This document shows positions 1 through 7,925 of a stretch of 32,000 nt of DNA, one piece after another. The notes below the pieces were generated by a model. The model ran no database searches. It was given only the letters and a program-made list of their open reading frames with translations, and was not told the DNA's origin. Both the position numbers and the translations under genes were made by a program. Position 1 is the stretch's first letter. The number at the start of each line of letters is the position of its first letter. Source of the stretch: Bacteroidia bacterium (GTDB lineage: Bacteria > Bacteroidota > Bacteroidia > UKL13-3); contig JAGVLJ010000057.1 of NCBI GenBank assembly GCA_020049855.1, forward strand, positions 306-32,305, read 5' to 3'.

Positions 1-287
1 TTTAGGCAAACATTATTTAACATAATATTAATTATAAGAAAAAATAATTGAAATAAATTTTTAAAATTCAGTGGATAAACGCTTTTCTATCGCAATAATC
101 TAAGCGTTCCATCTTACTCACCTCAAGATATATAAAATCAAATAAAGAACCTTTTTATTCATAAGGTAAAAATACCACCAAATTGATAATAAAAAAGACC
201 AGAGTAAAACAGCCTTTCATCTTTAAAGCAAAAGTGTAGTAAATAAAAGCAGTCTCTCACTATACAGTCCATGGTTAACGTATGCCG

Positions 288-1172
288 CTAAAAGTTATAC
301 AAAAACCCCAATGACATAGCCTGATTTAACTGAACTTCTTTATCCTGATCGAAATCATAAAGTGCCACTCCGGTCAATGTCACATTGAAGAATTTATTGA
401 TTTTAGCGGTAAGGCTCGCATCCACCCGATGATCAATTTTATCCATGGTTTGGTAATTGGCAAAGCCCTGATATCGCACCTTCAGGTTCATGTTTTTGGC
501 AATGTCTTTATCAAAATTCATAATAAGCATTAAGGCCACCTCGTTGCGTAATGTTTTTCCGGGCTTTACCCCATAATTATTTGGCTCAGTAAGGTAAAGT
601 TTTTTATCGTTGACAATAGTTTGGCGCATTGTCCCAATACCGGCCCTGACACTGAAATAAGAAACCGGTTTGTACTCTAAACCTATTGATTCGGTAATAA
701 AAGCCGGTGCAAAAAAACGAGAGGTAAGTACGGCTACTTCACGGTTTACCGTATCTTTATCGTACTTATAACCTTTATCGAACTGACTTTGAAAGTTGAG
801 CGAAGCAAATACTAACCAGTGCGGTGATATATTATACGCTAATTTCGAATCAATAAAAATGCGATCCTGCGTTTTGCGGTAATCAGGTAAATAAGCCGCT
901 TCATTCTGGTTGTATAGCCTACCATATTGCAATTGAATATCGTTGAGAAACGACACCTTTTCGCGGTTGTATTCCACTTTGCCGCTGAATAAAGAGGAGA
1001 TTGCCATTGAATTTACCCCTCCCGCTTTCCAGTTCTGACTAAATGAAGCCTGATTGATTCCCAACCCAATACTGAACTTAGACTTCCAGTAAGAAGTATC
1101 GCGTTTCACAGCGTTCTGAGCAAGTGCAGACATTGCGCCCACTAAGAGATATAATAGGAATATTTTTCTCAT
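288..1172 (-). CDS. DUF3078-like outer-membrane beta-barrel protein
   Basis: 294 aa. N-terminal signal peptide MRKIFLLYLLVGAMSALAQ. Motif GINQASFSQNWKAGGVNSMA is typical of Bacteroidota DUF3078 proteins. Alternating beta-strand pattern and a C-terminal aromatic residue (LYNF). Confidence 0.6.
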   Translation of the reverse strand: MRKIFLLYLLVGAMSALAQNAVKRDTSYWKSKFSIGLGINQASFSQNWKAGGVNSMAISSLFSGKVEYNREKVSFLNDIQLQYGRLYNQNEAAYLPDYRKTQDRIFIDSKLAYNISPHWLVFASLNFQSQFDKGYKYDKDTVNREVAVLTSRFFAPAFITESIGLEYKPVSYFSVRAGIGTMRQTIVNDKKLYLTEPNNYGVKPGKTLRNEVALMLIMNFDKDIAKNMNLKVRYQGFANYQTMDKIDHRVDASLTAKINKFFNVTLTGVALYDFDQDKEVQLNQAMSLGFLYNF

Positions 1173-1228
1173 AATCTGATATATTAAAGATTAAATTTGT
1201 TGCAAATTTATTTTAAAATTTACAAGGT

Positions 1229-1612
1229 ATGAAATTAATGCAGTTCTTTACTTTTTTAGGGCTTTCCCTCCTGTCCGCTTCAACTATGGGTCAGGTAAAA
1301 ACGGTTACCCCGCAGCAAATGAACATGGATGCCAAAAAAGTAAAAGCTTCCTTTTTAGATGTGCGTACCGCGCAGGAGTGGAATAAAGGCCATATACAAG
1401 GCGCGATTCACCTTGATTTATTCAACGATAATTTTGAATCGGAGTTAAAAAAGCTCGACAAGAACAAGGTTTACTATGTGTACTGTGCCATAGGTGGCCG
1501 TTCTGCAGAAGCCGGTGAGATGATGATAAAAATGGGATTCAAAAACGTGTACAATATGAAGGGCGGATTCAATGCCTGGACAAAAGCGGGACTACCTGCT
1601 ACTGCCAAATAA
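1229..1612 (+). CDS. Exported single-domain rhodanese-like sulfurtransferase
   Basis: 127 aa. Signal peptide, then a rhodanese fold with LDVRTAQEWNKGHIQGAIH and the active-site loop CAIGGRS. Confidence 0.8.
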   Translation: MKLMQFFTFLGLSLLSASTMGQVKTVTPQQMNMDAKKVKASFLDVRTAQEWNKGHIQGAIHLDLFNDNFESELKKLDKNKVYYVYCAIGGRSAEAGEMMIKMGFKNVYNMKGGFNAWTKAGLPATAK

Positions 1613-1704
1613 CAAATCCTTTCGCCTCATTTTTACAAAAACCTTTTCTCCTGAGTGATGCAATCTCCGTACGATTGGCAAAGTGCCCCACTGATTAGAT
1701 ATTT

Positions 1705-2211
1705 TCAAAAATACCTCTCACGAATTACTTTTAGGTGATGCTGTACATGCCCTGCCATAATCCAAAATAGTGCATCGCAGGTTACTGATAATTGATTTGC
1801 AATTCCCTTTCGCAATAGTGCTTCTTCAGTAAGTCCATAAAACAACTGCAGGTTTGACTTGCGCAGGTACATAAATTCAACCAGTAAATCATTCAGGCTT
1901 CGTTCTCCAAAAAAACCATTCCGCACATAATCGTCCTCCTCAAATCCTGATAAAGATTGCTGTTCGCCACGGGCAATGCATAAAGCACGGTAAGCAAAGA
2001 TGCGCTCTGCATCCAGCAAATGACCTAATACTTCCTTCACACTCCATTTCCCTGTGGCATAGACATAATCAGCCTTGTTATCGGGAACTGCTGAGAAAAC
2101 TTCGTCAAGCTCCCTTAATTGTCTTTCTAATAAAGCATTGATGGGTTCATCGGGCAATAACTGAACGTATTTTTCGTAATACGATGGGTATGTTGTGGCG
2201 GATGGTTTCAT
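1705..2211 (-). CDS. DinB-family (DinB_2) metal-dependent four-helix-bundle protein
   Basis: 168 aa. HLLDAERIF and C-terminal GHVQHH histidines fit the DinB His triad. Size is typical for the family. Confidence 0.75.
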   Translation of the reverse strand: MKPSATTYPSYYEKYVQLLPDEPINALLERQLRELDEVFSAVPDNKADYVYATGKWSVKEVLGHLLDAERIFAYRALCIARGEQQSLSGFEEDDYVRNGFFGERSLNDLLVEFMYLRKSNLQLFYGLTEEALLRKGIANQLSVTCDALFWIMAGHVQHHLKVIRERYF

Positions 2212-2280
2212 TTGGCAAACTTAACATCGGGCAGGGTTATTGCAAACTTTTGTGCCATATTCCTTATCATTGAACGTTTG

Positions 2281-3432
2281 ATGAAATACAGTTTTATTTT
2301 ATTTTTTCTGATAGGGTCATTTTCCCTGAAAGCCCAACTCACCATTGAACCCGTAACCAGCGGCAAACAGGTGCTTGAATTAATTTCGGGTGGAACGATT
2401 CAGGTGGAGAGCATTGACTATTACGGCTCATTCAATGCCATTGGTAAATTTACCAATAACAGCCCCATACTAAACATGAAGAGCGGTATTTACCTTGGTA
2501 CAGGAAACCTGAACGCGCCCGTTGGCCCCAATCTAACCGGAGGAAGCAGCACTCCTCAATCGCGTGACGGGATTCAGTTGGCCGATGACCCTGACCTGAT
2601 GAAAATCGCCTCAGGAAAATTATTTGATCAGGTTATTTTGCAGTTTACATTCATTCCGCATTGCGACACTATTTCCTTTCAGTTTGTATTTGGATCTGAA
2701 GAATATCCGGAGTACGTGCAGAAAAAATTTAACGATGTATTTGGTTTCTTTATTAAAGGACATGGCATTAATGGTACAAAAAATATGGCCCTGCTACCCG
2801 ATGACTCCACTCCTATCACCATTAACTCGGTGAACATGCTTTATAACAACCAATATTATATCTATAACAAACCCACTACACCCGAAGAAGTGAAAAACAG
2901 TTTACAGTTTGACGGTTTTACCCGAAAACTCACAGCTAGATCGCATGTTATATCAGGGCAAACCTATACCATTAAAATTGCTATTGCTGATGTGAATGAT
3001 ATGAGCTACGATTCGGGCGTGTTTATAGAAGCCAATTCATTTACCTGCCTGGGGCAAACATTACCTCCTGTACCGGGTAAAACAGATTCGGTGGTGGCCA
3101 CATATACCCTCCATATTGAGTTTCCGTTTAACTCTTCGGTTATTCCGCAGCAATACCACCGCTATCTTGATAGCATGTATGAGGTGCTAAGTGAAAATGC
3201 CGCGTATGTAATGGAAGTAAACGGTCACACCGATAACGCAGGAACATCCGAATACAATCAATTGCTTTCAGAAAAAAGGGCACTGGCGGTAAAAGCATAT
3301 CTGGTAAAAAAGGGCATTGATGAAAGCCGTATTGTTGCAATCGGTTTTGGCAGTTCTAAACCGCTAAACGGCAACCGCAACGAAAAAGAAAAAGCGCAAA
3401 ACAGGCGGGTGGTATTCGTGATTAAAAGATAG
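2281..3432 (+). CDS. Secreted choice-of-anchor-L domain protein with a C-terminal OmpA-like peptidoglycan-binding domain
   Basis: I start at ATG 2281 (MKYSFILFFLIGSFSLKAQ signal peptide) rather than the track TTG at 2212. Choice-of-anchor-L motifs: FVFGSEEYPEYV, FNDVFGFFI, QFDGFT, IAIADVNDMSYDSGVFIE. C-terminal OmpA motifs: NGHTDNAGTSEYNQLLSEKRA and NRRVVFVI. Confidence 0.75.
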   Translation: MKYSFILFFLIGSFSLKAQLTIEPVTSGKQVLELISGGTIQVESIDYYGSFNAIGKFTNNSPILNMKSGIYLGTGNLNAPVGPNLTGGSSTPQSRDGIQLADDPDLMKIASGKLFDQVILQFTFIPHCDTISFQFVFGSEEYPEYVQKKFNDVFGFFIKGHGINGTKNMALLPDDSTPITINSVNMLYNNQYYIYNKPTTPEEVKNSLQFDGFTRKLTARSHVISGQTYTIKIAIADVNDMSYDSGVFIEANSFTCLGQTLPPVPGKTDSVVATYTLHIEFPFNSSVIPQQYHRYLDSMYEVLSENAAYVMEVNGHTDNAGTSEYNQLLSEKRALAVKAYLVKKGIDESRIVAIGFGSSKPLNGNRNEKEKAQNRRVVFVIKR

Positions 3433-3437
3433 GTTAC

Positions 3438-4637
3438 TTGAACAAAATACTGCTAACATTTTTTTTACTATTTTGCTCACCCCTTGTGAGAGCGCAATTG
3501 GTTTTTGATTCCACTTCCAATGTGGAACAAATGGTAAGGCAGGTATTTCAAAGTGATGGGGTAGAAATTAAAAATATTTGTTTTAACGGGTATAGCAAAG
3601 CTATCAGAATGTTTCACAACAGCAAGAACAATATGCCTATTCCGGCTGGTATCTTTTTGGCGACAGGGCATTACAATGTTGGTAAAGGCCCTAATTTCTC
3701 TGCCAGTACCAGTTATTCTTCTCAAACCGATGGCGATCGGCAGCTCACCGAACTGGCAGGCTATGCTACCTGCGATGCCGGCATTCTGGAGTTTGATTTT
3801 GTTCCCACCGGAACTACGGTTTCTTTTCAATATTTATTTGCTTCCGAGGAATACCCCGAATACGTAGGTTCAAAGTTTAACGATGTGTTTGCTTTTTTTA
3901 TCAGCGGACCCGGAATAAAAGGATTTAAAAATATGGCGGTGGTTCCCGGAACCAACAAACCGGTTACCATCAATAATATTAACCATATTAAACATAAACA
4001 GTATTACATCAACAATGAGTATAAAGTTTATGATCCATTTATTATGGAGCCCGATTCGAATGAGATACAGTTTGATGGATTTACTCAGGTGTTGGTAGCC
4101 AAAGCTAATGTATTACCCGGGCAAACCTACCACCTTAAAATTGCTATTGCCGATGTAAAAGACAGGAATTATGATTCGGGAGTATTTATAGAATATGGCA
4201 CGTTTACGAGTACCGGAATTCCTGCTCAAGCAACGGATTCAAAAAAAGGAAAGCGGCAAAAAGAACAAATCCTAATTTTGTCTCCCCGAAGGCTTTCGCC
4301 CGAGCCACCCAACCATGTTGCCCAAATACTGTTTGAGGATACCGTGGTTTCTTCCTTTCAAAATAACCCGTTGTTTTTACAGCGCATGGAAAAATTGCTT
4401 CCTTTATTTCAAAATTACCCCGATGGAATATTTGAACTGGATGGTGGCATTCGCACCATGGCAAAAGATTCCTTTATTTCTTTCCTCATTCATTTTATGA
4501 CCGAAAACGGTATTGCAAGCCACCGCGTACAAGTGGTATTTTCGGAAACACATGGGAGTAAAAATAAAAAACCACTTCCGGTGTCAAACCGGGTACTGCT
4601 TACCATAAAACAGAAAAGCCGTCAATCCGAAAACTAA
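3438..4637 (+). CDS. Secreted choice-of-anchor-L domain protein, tandem paralog with a degenerate OmpA-like C-terminus
   Basis: TTG start, 5 nt after the upstream stop. Signal peptide MNKILLTFFLLFCSPLVRAQ. Same motif set as its neighbour: LFASEEYPEYV, FNDVFAFFI, QFDGFT, IAIADVKDRNYDSGVFIE. The C-terminal ~100 aa align positionally with the neighbour's OmpA domain but lack the TD..G and N..LS..RA residues. Confidence 0.7.
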   Translation: MNKILLTFFLLFCSPLVRAQLVFDSTSNVEQMVRQVFQSDGVEIKNICFNGYSKAIRMFHNSKNNMPIPAGIFLATGHYNVGKGPNFSASTSYSSQTDGDRQLTELAGYATCDAGILEFDFVPTGTTVSFQYLFASEEYPEYVGSKFNDVFAFFISGPGIKGFKNMAVVPGTNKPVTINNINHIKHKQYYINNEYKVYDPFIMEPDSNEIQFDGFTQVLVAKANVLPGQTYHLKIAIADVKDRNYDSGVFIEYGTFTSTGIPAQATDSKKGKRQKEQILILSPRRLSPEPPNHVAQILFEDTVVSSFQNNPLFLQRMEKLLPLFQNYPDGIFELDGGIRTMAKDSFISFLIHFMTENGIASHRVQVVFSETHGSKNKKPLPVSNRVLLTIKQKSRQSEN

Positions 4638-4650
4638 CGGCTTATTTCTG
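4616..4650. terminator. Candidate hairpin between convergent genes
   Basis: AAGCCGT (4616-4622) pairs perfectly with ACGGCTT (4637-4643) across a 14-nt loop, followed by ATTTCTG. It overlaps the stop codon of the upstream CDS. The large loop and weak T-run make it uncertain. Confidence 0.3.
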
Positions 4651-4675
4651 CTATGAAAAAACCAAACTACCTCTC

Positions 4676-5116
4676 TTATTTAATTGCTATTTTTACGCTG
4701 TTGTCTTTGGGTTCACTTTTAGGAAGCACCAGTGTAAGAATTCCATTGGTAAACTCAGCCTGAATTTGCTCTTTGTTTACGGTTTCAGGTAAAGTGAAAC
4801 TGCGCGAGAAAGAACCGTAATGGCTTTCAACCAAATGGTATTTAGCTTCTTTTTGTTCATTTTGAAACTTGCGCTCTCCGCTTATGGTGAGCAATTCATT
4901 TTTCAAATCAATTTTAATATCCTCTTTGGTCATTCCTGGCAAGGATGCATGCACCTCAAATTGATTCTCCTTTTCTACAATGTCAACCTTGGGCGAAAAG
5001 AAACGACTGTCGCTGGTTGCTTCCGGGAAAAACTCATTGAAAAAAGCATTGTTGAAAAATTTAGGAATCATTGAATCCCTCAATAATTCGCTGTTTTTAA
5101 AACGTACAAGTGTCAT
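4676..5116 (-). CDS. Small heat-shock protein, Hsp20/alpha-crystallin family
   Basis: 146 aa. Alpha-crystallin domain: VDIVEKENQFEVHASLPGMTKEDIKIDL...LTISGERK...GSFSRSFTLPE...AEFTNGILTLVLPK. Confidence 0.9.
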   Translation of the reverse strand: MTLVRFKNSELLRDSMIPKFFNNAFFNEFFPEATSDSRFFSPKVDIVEKENQFEVHASLPGMTKEDIKIDLKNELLTISGERKFQNEQKEAKYHLVESHYGSFSRSFTLPETVNKEQIQAEFTNGILTLVLPKSEPKDNSVKIAIK

Positions 5117-5293
5117 ATTTTTTATTTTTTAAATTTTGCTGTTAATGTCCATCGGTTTTCAAATCGTGAACCAATTGAATTTACAAGCCATTTTGACGCC
5201 TTAAAGTTTACTGCTTTTATTTTCAGCCGTCAAAATTTCTGCTTTTAGTAAAACGGCCTGAAAAAATTTCAGATTTCCAAAACCAATACGGCT

Positions 5294-5301
5294 TATGTTT
5301 G
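5294..5301 (+). promoter_or_regulatory. Candidate Bacteroidota sigmaA -7 box (TAtgTTTG)
   Basis: TATGTTTG matches the TAnnTTTG consensus. It lies 13 nt upstream of ATG 5314, which argues that the TTG at 5299 is not the start. Confidence 0.3.
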
Positions 5302-5313
5302 TTTAACTCATTT

Positions 5314-5772
5314 ATGAAATCTCATTGTTTAACCCATGTAACCACTATAGCAAAACCAATTGAAGATGTATTCGATTTTTTTAGCAAGGCCGAAAATCTG
5401 AATGAACTTACACCGCCTGAATTGGACTTTGAAATTATTACCCCACTCCCGGTTAATATGCAAAAAGGTTCTCTCCTTGATTACCGCATTAAACTAAACG
5501 GAATAAGGTTTAATTGGAAAACAGAAATAAGCGCATGGGAACCACCTTACCGATTTGTTGACAAGCAGCTAAAAGGCCCGTATGTTTTGTGGATTCATGA
5601 GCACCGTTTTAAGGCATTAAATAATCACCTCACCGAAATGACTGATACGGTACACTACCTTTCTCCTGGATGGTTATTAGAACCATTGGTTCATCACCTG
5701 TTTGTGAAGAAAAAAGTAGAAGCTACATTTAAATTTAGAAAGGAAATGCTGAAAAAAATATTCGATAACTAA
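5314..5772 (+). CDS. SRPBCC (START/cyclase-dehydrase-like) family protein
   Basis: About 152 aa from ATG 5314. Ligand-binding-fold pattern: PIEDVFDFFSKAENLNELTPP...WKTEISAWEPPYRFVDKQLKGPY..W.HEHRF. Confidence 0.65.
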   Translation: MKSHCLTHVTTIAKPIEDVFDFFSKAENLNELTPPELDFEIITPLPVNMQKGSLLDYRIKLNGIRFNWKTEISAWEPPYRFVDKQLKGPYVLWIHEHRFKALNNHLTEMTDTVHYLSPGWLLEPLVHHLFVKKKVEATFKFRKEMLKKIFDN

Positions 5773-6050
5773 TACTTTTTTAACGGAATCTATGTATTTG
5801 TTAAGAACAACAACATTTACAGTAATCAATCATTCTATCCACAGCCATCGTGTCTAAGATTTTTTAATTCATTCTGAAATATGCCAACCCCAAATAGCTA
5901 CGGTACAACGCGGTGAGCATAATACTGGGCTTTTTTTGAAACAGTTTAAGTCTTATTCGCATGAAATACAATAAATGTTTAATCCCTCCCTTCATGTGAT
6001 TCTTTTTTTATTATCGAACAATTTTTCCAACAAGGTTGCGTTTTATTTAA

Positions 6051-6058
6051 TATTTTTG
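6051..6058 (+). promoter_or_regulatory. Candidate -7 box (TAttTTTG) upstream of the porQ-like gene
   Basis: TATTTTTG matches TAnnTTTG and ends 8 nt before ATG 6067. I found no convincing -33 TTTG at the canonical spacing. Confidence 0.25.
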
Positions 6059-6066
6059 AAAATTAA

Positions 6067-7122
6067 ATGCACAAAATAACATTTCTTTCATTCTTTATTT
6101 GCTCGGTCATTACCAGTAAGGCTCAGATAGCCGCATCAGGAATATATAAATTCATTAACCTTAATCCGTCTGCCAGAGTATCGTCCTTAGGAGGGGCAAA
6201 TGTGAGTATCATTGATAAAGACCTCAACCTATCACTACAAAATCCGGCATTGCTTAATAAGCAAATGCGAAATCAAGTGACTTTTAATACCGTAAATTTT
6301 GTTAGCGATATTAGTTTAGGTTATGTGGCCTACGCTTTTGGATTTGGTGCCGGAACAAGCAGTGTTGGAATCCAATACATCAATTATGGTAAATTTCTGG
6401 GAGCTACTTCTTCCGGAGTTTCAACTGGCAGTTTTACCGCTGGAGAATACAACTTACAAGTAAGTTACGGCAAACAGTATAAACATTTTTCCTATGGCAC
6501 CTCTCTTAAAATGATTTACTCAAATATGAATGTAGCTAAATCATTAGGGGTAGCCACCGATTGGGGTGGGGTTTATCGGAGTAGCGACTCTCTTTTTACA
6601 GCTGGACTTGTAGTAAAAAATATTGGATACCAACTTGCGACCTATGTCACTGGAAACCGTGAAAAATTGCCTTTCGAAATTCAGGCTGGTTTTTCGAAAA
6701 AGCTAAAACATATGCCCCTGCGCTTATCGGTAACGGCTCACAATCTGCAAAAATTTGATTTAACTTATAATAACCCTAATAAACCAGGACAACAAACGGA
6801 TTTGGCCACTGGTGATCCTGTGGTTGAAAAAGTTACGATAGCCGACAAATTTATGCGACATATCATAATAGGCTCAGAATTATTACTATCTAAGAATTTA
6901 AACTTTAGATTCGGATACAACCATTTACGTAGAAAAGAAATGACCATTGAGGGCAAACGAGGGTTAGTGGGTTTTGCTTGGGGATTTGGCATACGTATTA
7001 ATCGGTTTTTGATAAGTTATAGCAGTTCATCCTTTTACGTTAGTCAAAACACCAATCACTTTAGTTTCTCAGCCAATATTAATGACTTCAGAAAAAAGAA
7101 AACCACACAACCAAAGTCCTAA
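6067..7122 (+). CDS. porQ: PorQ-like type IX secretion outer-membrane beta-barrel protein
   Basis: 351 aa. Signal peptide ending SKAQ. N-terminal motif YKFINLNPSARVSSLGGANVS..D.DLNLSLQNPALL resembles the PorQ/PorV family. Beta-barrel periodicity throughout. Confidence 0.6.
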   Translation: MHKITFLSFFICSVITSKAQIAASGIYKFINLNPSARVSSLGGANVSIIDKDLNLSLQNPALLNKQMRNQVTFNTVNFVSDISLGYVAYAFGFGAGTSSVGIQYINYGKFLGATSSGVSTGSFTAGEYNLQVSYGKQYKHFSYGTSLKMIYSNMNVAKSLGVATDWGGVYRSSDSLFTAGLVVKNIGYQLATYVTGNREKLPFEIQAGFSKKLKHMPLRLSVTAHNLQKFDLTYNNPNKPGQQTDLATGDPVVEKVTIADKFMRHIIIGSELLLSKNLNFRFGYNHLRRKEMTIEGKRGLVGFAWGFGIRINRFLISYSSSSFYVSQNTNHFSFSANINDFRKKKTTQPKS

Positions 7123-7131
7123 ATGTGGTAA

Positions 7132-7830
7132 ATGAAACGTATTACAATTGCCATTGACGGATACTCGAGTTGCGGGAAAAGCACTTTAGCTAAACAGCTG
7201 GCCTTAGAGCTTGGTTATACCTATATTGATAGTGGAGCTATGTATCGTGCAGCCACTTTATACATGTTGGAAAATGATATTAGCTCTGATAATATACAAG
7301 CCATAGTTGCTGCTCTAAAATACATTAAAATAGAGTTTAGAATTAATCCATTGAATGGGTTGCAGGAGACCTACCTCAACGAGGGAAATGTAGAGCGGGA
7401 AATACGCACTTTGCAAATCTCCAATTTGGTTAGTCCTATGAGTAGCATAGCCGAAGTAAGGCAGGCTATGGTTGCTCAACAGCAATATATGGGAAAATCC
7501 AAGGGTGTGGTGATGGATGGACGGGATATTGGAACTGTGGTTTTTCCTGATGCCGAACTGAAATTATTTATGACAGCCGAACCACGTATAAGGGCTCAAC
7601 GCAGGTTTGAAGAATTAATGGCTAAAGGTGATGGAGTCAGTTTTGATGAAGTATATCAAAATGTGTTAAGTAGAGACTTAATTGACTCCACACGCAAAGT
7701 GGGTCCACTTGTTAAATCTCATGAGGCGATTGAAATAAATAACTCACATATTTCCAGAGAACAACAATTAAATTTGGCACTTAATTATGCACTTAAAGCG
7801 ATTGCCAGCAATCATATCAGGAAGGGGTAA
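7132..7830 (+). CDS. cmk: Cytidylate kinase
   Basis: 232 aa. P-loop IAIDGYSSCGKST, then IDSGAMYRA and GVVMDGRDIGTVVFPDA. Confidence 0.9.
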   Translation: MKRITIAIDGYSSCGKSTLAKQLALELGYTYIDSGAMYRAATLYMLENDISSDNIQAIVAALKYIKIEFRINPLNGLQETYLNEGNVEREIRTLQISNLVSPMSSIAEVRQAMVAQQQYMGKSKGVVMDGRDIGTVVFPDAELKLFMTAEPRIRAQRRFEELMAKGDGVSFDEVYQNVLSRDLIDSTRKVGPLVKSHEAIEINNSHISREQQLNLALNYALKAIASNHIRKG

Positions 7831-7863
7831 CTAATTTTTTCTGTGTTTTTCTCTCTGAATACG

Positions 7864-7894
7864 CTTGACATCAATGTGATTTAACGTATATTCG
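7864..7894 (+). promoter_or_regulatory. Candidate rpsA promoter
   Basis: cTTG (7864-7867), 19 nt, then TATATTCG (7887-7894). This is one mismatch from TAnnTTTG. The same stretch also reads TTGACA-N16-TATATT. Confidence 0.35.
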
Positions 7895-7925
7895 CGGGCT
7901 TTTTTAAGCAAAGGAGGATAAAAAT

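Noticed and set aside
2212-2280. N-terminal extensions offered by the track: TTG 2212 for the choice-of-anchor-L gene, TTG 5299 for SRPBCC and ATG 10225 for pyrR.
   Set aside because: The downstream ATGs at 2281, 5314 and 10261 give, respectively, a clean signal peptide, a start just after a -7 box, and a start 1 nt after the EVE stop. The extensions would overlap neighbouring genes or promoters and add non-homologous residues.
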